64,000 nt of DNA from an uncultured Gemmatimonadales bacterium (GCA_963821525.1 CAWGED010000019.1:352001-416000), one strand, 5' to 3'. Shown: positions 11,592 through 22,781, counted from the stretch's first letter. The notes: generated by a model not told the origin, from the letters alone. Translations and numbers: made by a program.

Positions 11592-12620
11592 TCAGCGGCT
11601 CCCGATGAGGATGACGTCGCCGGGCCTGAGTCCCGAGAGAACCTCGATCATGCTGGAGGTCCCAATAACCGAATCCATGGCCTTCACCCAGCGCAGTTCG
11701 CTCCCGGCATCCGTCTTCAGCCGAACGCCGGTGAGGTCTCCTTCGCGAACCAGGGCGCTGACCGGGATCAGAATAGCGCTCCGATTTCCAGTGGGGACCC
11801 GAATAGTCGCGGCGCTGCCGGGGAGGAATTCACCGCTCGGGTTTGGCACGATCGCATTCAGCGTATAGACCGCTCCGTTGGGAGCCGGCACCGTGCCTTC
11901 GAGAACGGCACGCGCCGGTCGACCCTCGATGCTGGCGTCGAGCGGTGCCTCCGGGCGGAGCGCCGCGCTAACCCGCGGAGGCAGCGTTACGCTGATGCGG
12001 AGCCTCGAGGCATCCTGGACTTCGAGGATGGGCGCGCCAGGAGCCACGAAGGCCCCAGGATCGACAAACCGCCGCGTCACCACGCCACTGAATGGGGCAC
12101 GGATCTCGGCATACGCCCCGACCGCATCCAGTTCGGCCCGGGAGGCGTGCGCCGTTTGCAGCCCCGCTTCAGCCCGCGCCAGGCCGGTTTCGACCTGTTC
12201 GAGCTGGTAGCGCGTCGCGGCGCTGTCGGCATACAGGGCCCGGAACCGCTCAGCCTGGGTTCGCGCGTCCTGGTACGAGGCCTCAGCTGCGGCGATCCCT
12301 GCGTCGACCTGAGCGCGCCGCGCCTCCAAGTCGCGGGCATCGATCCGCGCAAGCGGCTGGCCACTCCGCACCCGGTCGCCCTCTCGAACCAGAACTTCGG
12401 TCACGCTCCCCATCAGCTTGGTGCTTAGGGTAGCACGCGTGATCGGCTCCGCCATTCCGGCTGCCTCGAAGCTCGCCGAGATTGTGGTGTCTCGGACAGT
12501 GAAGGTTGGGGTGTCGGACATCGCCGGGGTCGCCGGTGGCGTCGCATCACCCGCTTCGCCGCTGCCACAGCCGGCCATCATGAGAGCCAGCCATGTCACC
12601 CCGCTCAGGATCGGTTTCAT
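11592..12620 (-). CDS. RND periplasmic adaptor (membrane fusion) lipoprotein
   Basis: Lipobox MAGC, V.EGD.V..GQ.L, IRAPFSGVV, GLRPGD. Confidence 0.9.
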   Translation of the reverse strand: MKPILSGVTWLALMMAGCGSGEAGDATPPATPAMSDTPTFTVRDTTISASFEAAGMAEPITRATLSTKLMGSVTEVLVREGDRVRSGQPLARIDARDLEARRAQVDAGIAAAEASYQDARTQAERFRALYADSAATRYQLEQVETGLARAEAGLQTAHASRAELDAVGAYAEIRAPFSGVVTRRFVDPGAFVAPGAPILEVQDASRLRISVTLPPRVSAALRPEAPLDASIEGRPARAVLEGTVPAPNGAVYTLNAIVPNPSGEFLPGSAATIRVPTGNRSAILIPVSALVREGDLTGVRLKTDAGSELRWVKAMDSVIGTSSMIEVLSGLRPGDVILIGSR

Positions 12621-12630
12621 CGTCGTCACC

Positions 12631-13990
12631 TTAACTCTCGAGGTCCTGCAGGGGCGACAGGTCGAGCCCCTGCGCCTTCCGCACTTCCGCCAACGCAATG
12701 AGCACGTCATATCGCGCGGCGACGTCTCGGAGCTGGGAGTCGGTGTCAATCGCCGCCGCATCGAAGAGCTCGGTCACTGTCGCGAGGCCACCGTCGTACT
12801 TCCGGCTCACGATGCGATGGGCCTCCCGGGCCTGAGCGCCGGCAACCTGGGCGATCTCCAGACGAGACAGGGCTACCGCCAGCCCGGCTGTGGCGCGTTC
12901 CAGCTCCAGCGCCGCCTGCGCCTCAGCCGCCTCCCTCCGGGAGCCGGCCGCCATCGCGTTGCCGTCTGCCACCCGCCCCTCCGAGAGTTCCCGGGCGCCG
13001 CTGAACGGCGACCAGCTGAGCATGATGCCGACTGTCCAGGCACTCTTTCCTCCAAACGGCGTCTCGGCCGTGTTCCACTCGAGGCGGCCAAACGAGTTGA
13101 GGCGGGGCAGGTACAGCGCCCTGGCCCGACGGCGGTCGGCGGCCATCGCAGCCGATTCGTGCCCGGCGGCCACCACATCTGCCCGAGCCGTCGGCGGCCG
13201 AAGTGTCCGGCGCCTCCCCCACGACGGCGCTGACGCGTTCCGCGCTCGGCAGTGAATCCGGCAGAGTGAAGGCCGTGTCTCCCGGTTCGCCCATCAGCAT
13301 TGCCAGGCCGAGCTTCGCGACCCGAGCCTCGCTCCGGGCGCCGATCAACGCCGCCTCTACTTCGCCGGCCTTTACCGAGGCGAGCAGGGCATCGGATCGG
13401 GTCACCATGCCGCGCTCCTCCAGCGACTCCGCTTCCCGCTGGTGCGATCGGGCCGCGACCAGTGCCGCTTCGAGGGTGCGCACCCGTTCGGTGGCCAGTA
13501 CCGCGCCCCAGTAGCCGCGGGCTACCTCTACCGCGGTGACGGTCCGGGTCCAGAGTTCCGCTGAGCGGGCCGCTTCGCGGGCCTCGACCGCGGCCTGCCG
13601 CCCCCGCCAAGCGTCGGCATTGAGCAGCGGCAGCTCGACTACAACGCCGGTCATCATGTTGCCGGTGGCGGGCGGGTCGTTGAGGACGGCGGGAGCGAAG
13701 GACGCCGGCGTAACGGCCCGCTGGCGGAGGGTGAACCCGAACGCGCCGAGGGGGTCGGTGGTACGGGCATACCCGCCTTCGAACCGGGCGGTCGGGAGAA
13801 TCCCTTCCAGGGGTGCGAGCGCAGCGCCGCTTCGGGCCTTCGACTCTCCTGCCGCGGCACGGTTGGCATAGGCCCCACTGTCGGCACGTTCCAGAGCCTG
13901 CCGAAGGGTCAGCGGGGCCTGGGCGCCGAGCGGCCGGACCGCGAGGGCGGCGCCGGAAAGAGCGAGAAGAAGAAGAGCCAGGTAGCGCAT
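12631..13990 (-). CDS. TolC-family outer membrane efflux protein, frameshifted near 13195
   Basis: Signal peptide, LTLRQAL, G..TRSDAL; second part ALYLPRL...YDGGLAT.TELFDA in ORF 12631..13176. Confidence 0.85.
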
Positions 13991-14044
13991 CGAACAGGGC
14001 CGGGAGCGGGCCACCTCGGTCTGGGGTCTTGCTTGAATGGTCAT

Positions 14045-14060
14045 ATGACTATATAGTCAT
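14045..14060. promoter_or_regulatory. putative ArsR operator, perfect palindrome ATGACTATATAGTCAT
   Basis: 16-bp perfect palindrome between the divergent tolC and arsR genes; a related copy ATTGTTATATGGTCAT at 14119-14134. Confidence 0.6.
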
Positions 14061-14156
14061 GCGTAACCGAAGTCAAGCAGCCGGAGCGCCGCCGTGGCGC
14101 CGGGCTCCACTCTACTCTATTGTTATATGGTCATCTGCCCAGGAAACGCCGATCCA

Positions 14157-14483
14157 ATGGCCAGGAAGCCCCTGTCCACCGAGCAGTTGGGATTCATCGC
14201 CCACCGGTTTAAGGCGCTCTCCGAGCCCTCCCGGCTGGAGATCCTGAACACCTTGCGGGAGGGTGAGCGGACGGTCTCGGAAATTCTGGAGACCACCGGC
14301 CTGGGCCAAGCCAACGTCTCCAAGCACCTCCAGCTCCTGCACGCGTCCGGCTTCGTCGATCGGCGGAAGGACGGCGCCAGCACCTACTACCGGCTGGCGG
14401 ACGGAGACGTGCTCCGACTCTGCGAATTGATGTGCGGGAGACTGGAGGCGGAAGCCCGGGTGAAGAAGAGGCTATTCGCCTGA
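14157..14483 (+). CDS. ArsR/SmtB family transcriptional regulator
   Basis: FKALSEPSRLEIL, QANVSKHL..L...G.V, YYRL; C-terminal CELMC. Confidence 0.9.
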   Translation: MARKPLSTEQLGFIAHRFKALSEPSRLEILNTLREGERTVSEILETTGLGQANVSKHLQLLHASGFVDRRKDGASTYYRLADGDVLRLCELMCGRLEAEARVKKRLFA

Positions 14484-14658
14484 GGGCGCGAATCAGCTTC
14501 CCCGCAGCGAGCTCCTCCTCAAGGATCCAGATCCCGTTTAGGTAAGATCTTCCCCCTTCGCGACGCTAACCCCCGTAACCAATTCGGGGGCAGCGATCGA
14601 CCGGCCCCAGCCAGCTCCGGGGCCGCTGCCTCCCTGAGGTTCAAGAGGAGGTAACCCG

Positions 14659-15582
14659 ATGTCGCAAGTGAAGAATGCGGCGCCCGCCCGGATGAAACCG
14701 GCTGCTCCGATGCCCTCGGTCCGTCAGGTCTCCTACGGGACACTGAACGTGGACGGACTGTCCATCGCCTACCGGGAGGCCGGACGCCCTGGTAGTCCCA
14801 AGCTGGTGCTCCTGCACGGCTTCCCGGCGAGTTCGCATCAGTACCGCGACCTGGTTCCTGCCCTGGCCGACCGGTTCCACGTCATTGCTCCGGACTATCC
14901 GGGCTTCGGAGCTGAGCGACCGGCCCGATCCGCAAACCTGGGCGTATACCTTCGACCATTTGTCGGAAGTGATCGAGCGATTCCTCCAGCTCAAGGGCTT
15001 CTCGCGCTACGGACTCTACGTGCAGGACTACGGCGGGCCGGTCGGGTTCCGGATCGTCACCCGAAATCCGGACGCGCTGGAGTGGCTGATCATCCAGAAC
15101 TCCAATGCGCTACGAGGTAGGCTTCACCGCCGCATGGGACGGGTTGCGCGGCGCGCTGTGGAAGAACCAGACGCCCGAGACCGAGGCACCGCTCCACGGC
15201 TTTCTCACGCCCGAGACGATCAAGACGATCTATCTCCACGGCGCGGAGCGACCGGAGCTGATCAGCCCGGATAACTGGGAATCGGATTCCGCCTTCATGC
15301 AACGGCAGCACGCGGTGCGGACTCAATCTCGATCTGTTCTACGACTATCGCACCAACGTCCCGCTCTACCCGGCGTGGCAGCGCTTGCTCCGGGAGCGTC
15401 AGCCTCAGACCCTGATCTTCTGGGGCCAGTCCGACATCTTCTTCACCCCGGAAGGCGGCGATGCCTATCTCGCCGATCTGCCGAACGCCGAGCTACACCG
15501 GCTCGCCGCAGGGCACTTCGCGGTGGAGGACCACCTGGACTACATCGCAACCCAAATGAAGAGGTTCCACGCAGCGCTGTGA
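14659..15582 (+). CDS. alpha/beta hydrolase, about 3 frameshifts (near 14910, 15105, 15325)
   Basis: [36 protein letters not shown] and GHFAVEDH spread over consecutive frames; SD GAGGAGG. Confidence 0.8.
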
Positions 15583-15632
15583 TGCCAGGTGCCGGACTGG
15601 CGGTCGAATCCCGGGGCCGCCATTATCGACGC

Positions 15633-16256
15633 ATGGCCTTGAAGCAAGAAGATCGGGATTCAGCGGAGTGGCTCCGCGGCTTGAACGCCGAGGGGCCAGC
15701 TCGCGAAGAGGCGGTAACACGCCTTCACGCGTTGCTCCTCCGGGTTGCCAGATCAGAGGCCGCCCGGCGGAGCGCCGGCCTGCCGGAGCGAGGGCGGGAG
15801 GAAGTGGACGACCTGTGTCACCAGGCCGCGAGCGACGCGGCGATGGTGATCCTCCGAAAGCTTCCGGAATTCCGTGGCGACTCTCGGTTTACCACCTGGG
15901 CCTGCAAGTTCGCGCTCTTCGAGATCTCGACCCGGCTCCGCCGCCATGCCTGGCGGCACCGGCGCATCGACCCCGACGAGCAGGTCTGGGAGCGGCTGGC
16001 GGACTCGGCGCCACCGACCCAGGCACGACTGGAGCACGCCGAGACGCTTGAGTGCCTCAAGCGCGCCATCCGGGACGACCTGACCGACCGGCAACGGCTG
16101 GTCTTCCAGGCCGCCGTGCTCGAAGAAGTGCCGATCGACGTTCTTGCCGAGCGACTGGACAGTACCCGGGGGGCGATCTACAAGATCCTGTACGACTCGC
16201 GCGCGAGGCTCAGGCAGGCAATCGCTCGAAGCGAAGGCCAGGAGGAGCGGGTATGA
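15633..16256 (+). CDS. ECF-type RNA polymerase sigma factor
   Basis: DDLCHQA, FRGDSRFTTWA.KFA (region 2); LTDRQRLVF...LAERL..TRGAIYK.L.D.R.RLR (region 4). Confidence 0.9.
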   Translation: MALKQEDRDSAEWLRGLNAEGPAREEAVTRLHALLLRVARSEAARRSAGLPERGREEVDDLCHQAASDAAMVILRKLPEFRGDSRFTTWACKFALFEISTRLRRHAWRHRRIDPDEQVWERLADSAPPTQARLEHAETLECLKRAIRDDLTDRQRLVFQAAVLEEVPIDVLAERLDSTRGAIYKILYDSRARLRQAIARSEGQEERV

Positions 16257-16474
16257 GCCGTGACCCACTCGAAGGATTGCTGGGCCACACCGGCCGCGAT
16301 CCCGGCTGCGAAGCAGCATTTGAGGAGTTCGACCGCTACTGCGATGCTGCCCTGCGCGGTGAGGACGTGGAGCGCGGGTTCCCCGAGTTCATGAACCACG
16401 TGCGGAATTGCGCGGCGTGCAGAGAGGACGCCGAGGGACTCCTCGCCGCGCTCAGAGGCATGATGGAGGAGTAG
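16253..16474 (+). CDS. small zinc-binding (ZAS-like) anti-sigma factor
   Basis: ATG overlaps the sigma stop (ATGA); GCE...HVRNCAAC fits HxxxCxxC; 73 aa. Confidence 0.75.
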   Translation: MSRDPLEGLLGHTGRDPGCEAAFEEFDRYCDAALRGEDVERGFPEFMNHVRNCAACREDAEGLLAALRGMMEE

Positions 16475-16488
16475 GGCCCCTCAGAAGC

Positions 16489-16559
16489 AAACGCAGAGGC
16501 GCAAAGAACGCAGAGAAAAGCCCTTGAAGATCCTCTGCGTTCTCCGCGTCTCAGCGTTT
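16489..16559. repeat. 27-bp imperfect inverted repeat built from CGCAGAG-like units
   Basis: aaacgcagaggcgcaaagaacgcagag ... ctctgcgttctccgcgtctcagcgttt between convergent genes. Confidence 0.8.
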
Positions 16560-18401
16560 CGTCTTTTTCGGGATTGGCCATCGATAGCCTGCACTGTCTA
16601 GAATCCCCGGCGGATGCTCCCCCATCACGCCCAGCTGCTTCTCCAGCGCCACCCCTACCCTGCCAAGCGTTCCCTCATCAAACAGCCGACCGATCAGGGT
16701 AATCCCATGCGGCACTCGCCGGGGCGGGTTGAACTTGGGCAACGGATTGGCGGGATCGGGCGCCCAATCGCTGCGGGCCTCGGAGATCTGGACGAATCCG
16801 GTTCGCATGGTGAGCGAGGGATGGCCCGTGTTGTTCGAGATCACCAGCATTTCATCCCGCAGGGACGGAACGACGAGGAGATCCACCTCGGCCATCAGCC
16901 GCGCCATCTCCATCGCCACCTTGCGCCGCAACCGGTCGGCCTGCACGAAGTCAACGGCCGAGAGGAAGCGGGCCTCGCGGAACAGATTGGGCCACGCGTC
17001 GGGCACCTGGACCTTGAGCTGATCGGCTTGACCACTGAGCGTCAGCTCCTCGAACGCCGCGGCCGCCTCGGCGAAGAGAACCAGATTGAGCGAATCGTAA
17101 GGCCAGTCGGGGAGAGAGACTTCGGTCGGGACCATTCCGAGTTTCCGGAACTCGTCGAGGGATGCCCGGTCCACATCGGTGGCCGGACTCTCTTTCATCC
17201 ATGAGTCTATGTAACCGACCTTGAGTCCCTTCACCGAGGCGCTGGCATCGAAGTCGAGTTTGCTGGGGACACTGGCGACGTCACCGGCATCGGGGCCAGC
17301 TGATCGCCTGAAGCACGAGCAGAGTGTCTTCCACGCTCCGAGTCATCGGCCCGAGCTTGTCCAGCGACCAGCAGAGCGTCATCGCTCCGGTCCTTGCGCA
17401 CCCGCCCGTAGGTGGGCCGGAGACCGTTGATGCCGCAGCGCATGGTCGGACTCACGATGCTCCCGCCGGTCTCGCTCCCGATGGAGAACCCGACCAGGCC
17501 GGCCGCGGTCGCGGCACCGGGTCCCGCGCTCGACCCCGACGCGCCCTCTTCAAGCACCCAGGGATTCATCGTCTGTCCCCCGAACCAGATGTCGTTGAGG
17601 GCGAGAGCGCCCAGGCTCAGCTTCGCGATTAGCACCCCGCCGGCCGCGTTGAGCCGGGCCACGACCGCAGAGTCCGCGGTGGGGACCCGATTCCTGAACG
17701 GCTCCGCGCCCCAGGTCGTCACTATGCCGGCGGTATCGAGCAGGTCTTTGACGCCGTAGGGAATTCCGTGCAGCGGTCCGCGGTACTTTCCCGCGGCAAT
17801 TTCCTTGTCCGCCTGGCGCGCCGCAGCGAGCGCTCCTTCCTTGTTCAGCGTGATGATGGCGCGAAGCTTGGGATCGAACTTCTCGATCCGGGCGAGATAG
17901 ATCCCCGTCAGCCGTTCGGACGTCAGCTTCTTCGACTGGATCCAGCGAGAGAGTGCGGTGACCGGCGCAAAGGCAATGTCGGCGTCGCTCTGACGGAAGC
18001 GGGCCTGGATCTACGCTGCTCCGAACGAACCGGTCCTGCTTGGGACCAATCGCGATTCCGGGTAGTGCCGGATCCCAGCGCGTCGCCGGCGAGAGCGTCG
18101 GCTCGAGCGCGAGCTTCCGCGGTCCGGTCCGCCGCTCCAGCTGGGCGGCCATCGACCGGCGCCAACTCTTGGCCGCCATATTCCGCTGCTCCGGCGTCAT
18201 CGTCACCTGCATCAGCTTCTCCGCCTCGGCGAATGTCCCGGCGTTGACTTCGGGTCCGGTTTCCGGCGCCGTTCCGAAGGTCGGCGGTGCTCCCGGAGTC
18301 GTCGGCGTTGAGGCGGCAGGCGTCTGCTCCTTCTTGCTGCAGCCGGCGATAGCGCCGAGGATGATCGGCGCCTGGATCAGGAATTGGCGGCGAGTGTTCA
18401 C
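16551..18401 (-). CDS. amidase signature family lipoprotein (Tat signal), several frameshifts; true stop probably near 16598
   Basis: TRRQFL...IAGC; GSSAGPG, GSETGGSI, GLRPTYGR, GITLIGRLFDE across ORFs 17550..18437, 17231..17722 and 16551..17234. Confidence 0.85.
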
Positions 18402-18438
18402 GGGCTCTCCGAGCGGAGGGGCGACGTTGCATAGCACC

Positions 18439-18557
18439 AGTACCGAGTACCGAGTACCGAGTACCGAGGACCGGGGTCTTGCTTATGGCTTACGGCTTAT
18501 GGCTCATGGCTGACAGCTAACAGCTAACGGCTGACGGCTGACGGCTGACGGCTGACT
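18439..18557. repeat. composite heptamer arrays: AGTACCG x4, then 11 GCTNANN units
   Basis: Direct reading; the array abuts the cyclophilin stop codon. Confidence 0.9.
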
Positions 18558-19150
18558 CAGTGCGGCTTGAACCCGTACTTGGCGAGCTCATCCGCCGACA
18601 TCTGGATCACGTCGATGTGCAGGGTGATCGGGGTGAGCGGCTGGTCGGTCGAATCCTTCGGCACCGACACGATCTTTTCGACCACATCCATTCCCTTGAA
18701 CACCTGCCCATAGACCGTGTAGTTGCCGTCCAGTCGCTTGAGGCCGTCCTTGTTGGCCACGATGTAGAACTGGCACCCTGCCGAGAGTTTCTCCGGGTTG
18801 TCATCACGACCCGCACCTACCGCCCCATAGACATGACGCAGGCTGTCGTTGAACTCCGGCGCCAGGTTGTACGGCGATCCCTTGAACCCTGCCGGGGTGT
18901 CGGGACAGCCGCCCTGGGCCACGAAGTTCTTGATCACCCGATTGAACGTCAGGGAATCCCAGTAGTGCGCACTCGCCAGCTTGATGAAGCTGTCGCGGTG
19001 GTGGGGCGTCTCGGGATATAGATAGAAGAGGATCTCGCCTAGCGGGGTCTGGATCCGGCCGACCGGATGGGGCGGGGCGGACTGGGCGGTCAAGGCGGAC
19101 GGGGCGGACAGAGACGCGAGAGCAATAATCGTCAGGACGAATCGACGCAT
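18557..19150 (-). CDS. exported cyclophilin-type peptidyl-prolyl isomerase
   Basis: FNRVIKNFVAQGG, HVYGAVGAGR, SAGCQFYI, LDGNYTVYGQV..GMDVV.KI. Confidence 0.92.
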   Translation of the reverse strand: MRRFVLTIIALASLSAPSALTAQSAPPHPVGRIQTPLGEILFYLYPETPHHRDSFIKLASAHYWDSLTFNRVIKNFVAQGGCPDTPAGFKGSPYNLAPEFNDSLRHVYGAVGAGRDDNPEKLSAGCQFYIVANKDGLKRLDGNYTVYGQVFKGMDVVEKIVSVPKDSTDQPLTPITLHIDVIQMSADELAKYGFKPH

Positions 19151-19236
19151 CGGGTTCCTCGAGGACAGGGGGAGCTCTCCGAGTGGTCAGAAGGTCCACC
19201 CACGAAGGACAGATGGCAAGCGTGACCCGCGAAGAG

Positions 19237-19268
19237 AAAAGCCCCCCGGTCGATTGACCGGGGGGCTT
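19237..19268 (-). terminator. intrinsic terminator
   Basis: aagccccccggtc-gatt-gaccggggggctt hairpin with an A-run (U-tract on the minus strand). Confidence 0.75.
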
Positions 19269-19295
19269 ACGAACCTGAGGCTGAACGTGCGGGTC

Positions 19296-19995
19296 CTACC
19301 AGGCCACTGCGTACCGTGAGAAGTGGTCCAGATCGGTGTAAAGCGCCTTGAGTCCCTTCTTGTCCAGGGTGGCCTTGATCTCGAGAATCTGGTCCCCTTG
19401 GTCGCTCAGGTATACGATGAACAGTTTCAGCCAGCTTGTCGGCTGCAAACAGCGGTCGTAACTGAGCTTGAGCTCGGCCGGCTTGTCGAAGTGAAGTCCT
19501 TCCGGCTGCAGCTCGACTTCGATCAGGTCGGAGACCGGGGCTACCGCGCTGATTACCACCTCATGGTCGAGCGCCCCCTTGGGGATCTTGAGCTCGTGGG
19601 GGCCGACCTTGACCGAGCCGCCGTCGGGGCCGATAAGCTCAACATCGCTGGTGTACTCCTGCGGCTCGCACCGAAGCAATTCCAGCACGTCACCCTGCTT
19701 CCGGCGAGTCTCCCACGCCTTCTTGAACAGCTTCCACTCCTCCCTGGCAGCCTTGAACTCTTCCCGGTGGAGTTCGCGTTCGGCCTTGAGGCTGTCCCTG
19801 GTGTGCTCGAGGAGGTCGTGCAGGCGCTCGTGCTCGGCATGACGATCGTCGCCAAGGGAGTTGGCGCTCGCCTCTATCAAGAGCACGGAGTTGTCCCGAG
19901 ACGCGCTGGTCGGCGACGTCGAGGCCCGTGCAGCTCAAGATGAGGATCAGGACCGCGCTGAAAGCTGGCGTCCAGACCCAGCGGCTTCGTCCCAT
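19296..19995 (-). CDS. lipoprotein with charged helical segment and ZU5-like C-terminal domain, frameshift near 19895
   Basis: SD GGAGG, ILSC lipobox; IGPDGGSV...LKIPKGAL...LQPEGLHFDKPAEL.LSY..C...LDHFSRYAVAW. Confidence 0.65.
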
Positions 19996-20912
19996 TTGAA
20001 TACCTCCTAATGAGTCCGGCAAGATCTTGGCGCGCCGGATTGGACGTGCCTGATCTGCCTCAACTGAGCGCTATGGCTCTCCTCACACAGGAGGGGGCAA
20101 TGGGCATACCCAAGAGGGCTGCAATCGCATTGATTTTATACACCACAAGGCGAATGCCGATCGGCGGAGACATAAGCAACACCATTGCTAATAAGCCATT
20201 TAACGTATCCACTGGATAGGACTTGCAGTGCAGAATCTGGCTTGCAAACGTACAATATGACAACAGCGATACTGGAGTCTGACACCCTCTTTCCGGGGGT
20301 GAACCCGAAGCGGCGTCGCCCCACTGTGGCTCATCCGCTACGCAGCGAACTAGGTCAGTAGTAGGGTGGATCACTAATTCTCGGTGACTGGGGTCACAAA
20401 GAGGTGTTGGCCGTGGTTGCGGGGGGCGGCCGAGAGAGGTCGGGACGAGACGCGGGGTGAAGACACAGGACTAGGCCAGGTGAAATCGGATTCGGCGTGC
20501 TCCGCAAAAGGTCAGAGAGCGTGCCGCCGGCGTGGCGGCGCCATGGTGTTCGACTCGCCGGGATCTGCGAGACCGGAATCTGCGACCTCAGAATTGAGCG
20601 CGGACTCGCTGAATGAAATCCGATTCACCTCCGCCCCTACCACGAGGTACCGCCATCCACATGCTCGAGGATGCCGTAGCCTACCCGCCTGCCCCAAGAA
20701 TGACCGATAGCAAGCGCGGACCTGCGACAAATTGACCATCAGGTGCTGCATGGCGAGAGGTGCTGTAATGCTTCGATAAGCTGCGCTGGTAGTGGTCGAG
20801 TGCCCGCACCGTTGCCTTGTCAGGCATGTCGGTCTCGCGGGTTCCTAGCATGAAGTGTCGGTGTTACGACCGACTCACATGAAATCCGCGAGCCCCGTCA
20901 CGACAACACTCG

Positions 20913-22727
20913 GTGGCTACTCCGTCGCAGGTCTCTTCTTTCGGCCGTGTGGTGATCATCAAACCGATCCGCGATTCGTTCCGCAACCTGGTGATGCACG
21001 GGCGGCGGCGGCTCGCGGCAGGCTCGTCCTGGGTCCATCTCACCTGGCGGCGTGACGAGGATCCGGCGCCCGCCGAACCGTCTCACTTCGAATGGGTCTG
21101 CGCATCCGTTGCCCTGCTGCTCGGGCTTCTGCTGCGGTTGGTCTACGTCATCCGCCAGCCGGTCAATTCCGATGAACCCCAGCACCTGCATGTGGCCTGG
21201 GGCTGGGCCCATGGCCTGATGGAATACCGCGATGTGTATGACAACCACACGCCTCTGTTTCACGTTCTGATGGCGCCACTGGTGTGGATCGTAGGCGACC
21301 GCCCGGAGCTCTTCATGTGGGCTCGGCTGGCAATGATCCCGCTGTGGGCGTTTGACGTTAGTCGCGACGTATCTCGCCGGCCGTTCGCTCTATGGCCGCC
21401 GGGTGGGCCTTTGGGCAATGGTCCTCGCGGGACTCTTGCCGCCGATGTTCGTCAAGAGCGTCGAATTCCGCACTGACGATCTGTGGGCCATGTGCTGGAT
21501 GTGGACAATCGCCGTGCTGGTGGCCGGCACCTTCACGCCCGCGCGCGGGTTCTGGAGCGGCCTTCTCATCGGGCTATGTGCGGGCGTGTCCATAAAGACC
21601 GGGCTCCTGGTGACCGCGCTGGGATGGGGCCGCTCTCGCGAGCGTCGCACTGCCATTGAGCCCAGCGAGCCATTCCCAACGCGCCCGGTACCTCTCCTCG
21701 GTCGCCTCGATGGCGGTGGGGATGACCCTCGTCCCCCTCGGTATCATCCTGTGGTTCAAGGCACACGGGGCCCTGCAACCGATGCTCAACGGGACGATCT
21801 GGTTCAACATGGAGCCGAATACCACGCAGAGGCCTTATCGAGATGTTCGGCATGGTGCCTGCGCTGCTCACTCTGCTGTGGCTCGACTCCCGCATGAAAC
21901 GATGGGCTCCTGCTTCTCCGCTCGCCGGGCGTCGCAGGGTCTTGTTCTTGACGGTAGGTGTTTTCTTGATTCTCGAGCTGACGGTCTGGCCCGTCGACCG
22001 CTGGCAGGATTTTCTCCCGGTCTGGCCCATGCTCACGATCCTCTTCGTCGCGGCAGCGGAGGGGATGGGCCGGGTGCAACCCGCGAAGTGGAGCGGATTG
22101 CGGATTGCGGCCCTGCCCCGTTTCCCCCTGATGGCCGGGTTAGAACTCGCAGTACTGCTCCTGGTACTCCCCCACAGCACTGCCCTGGCGCACCAGGTCA
22201 AGACGTGGCACGCCGTGCTCCGCCTGACCCGTGCCGGCGATTACGTGATGGATGAAAAGGGCGAGCTGCTGTTTCGCCGCCGGGCATACTACTACGAGCT
22301 CGAAACCATCACGCGCGCCCGCATCGCGCAGCATCTGCTTCCCGACGACATCCCCCAGAGCCTGGTGCGGACCAACACGCTGGTTGTGGGACCTGACCTG
22401 CGGCATTTCCCGCCGCGCGATCGCGCATTCATCGAGGCCAACTACATCTCGGTCGGTCCCCTCCGGGTCGCCGGACAAATCCTCAGCCCTTCGACCAGCA
22501 ACGGTTCCGACCCAGCGAATCGAGCCATCAGCTTCGAGATCAGGATTCCTGCGTGGTACAGCATCGTAGACAGCTCGGGACCCGCCCAAGGCTCGCTCGA
22601 TGACGTCCCCCTCTCTGGGCCGCGCTTCCTCGGCGTGGGCAGCCACACCTATCAGCCTGCCTACGACAATGTCCGCACCGCGTTGGTCCTCGCCAAGGCC
22701 ATCGATCTGGGCTTCCGGCCGTTCTGA
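20913..22727 (+). CDS. GT-C (ArnT/PMT-like) membrane glycosyltransferase, several frameshifts; start uncertain
   Basis: NSDEPQHLHVAW, YRDVYDNHTPLFH, EFRTD, many TM segments over ORFs 20913, 21352, 21656 and 21843. Confidence 0.65.
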
Positions 22728-22781
22728 ATCGCTCCGCTCCACCTGTAGGCCCTGGCCAAATGTGAGCGGCGGTTGGATTCG

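Noticed and set aside
9631..11868. Long antisense ORFs (also 33407..35713, 53353..54621, 48558..49778, 56843..57883)
   Set aside because: Shadow ORFs opposite well-supported genes, expected in high-GC DNA; no recognisable motifs.
20281..20400. c-di-AMP (ydaO) or other known riboswitch
   Set aside because: Only a ggggtgaa-like word and small hairpins; the remaining consensus elements were not found on either strand.
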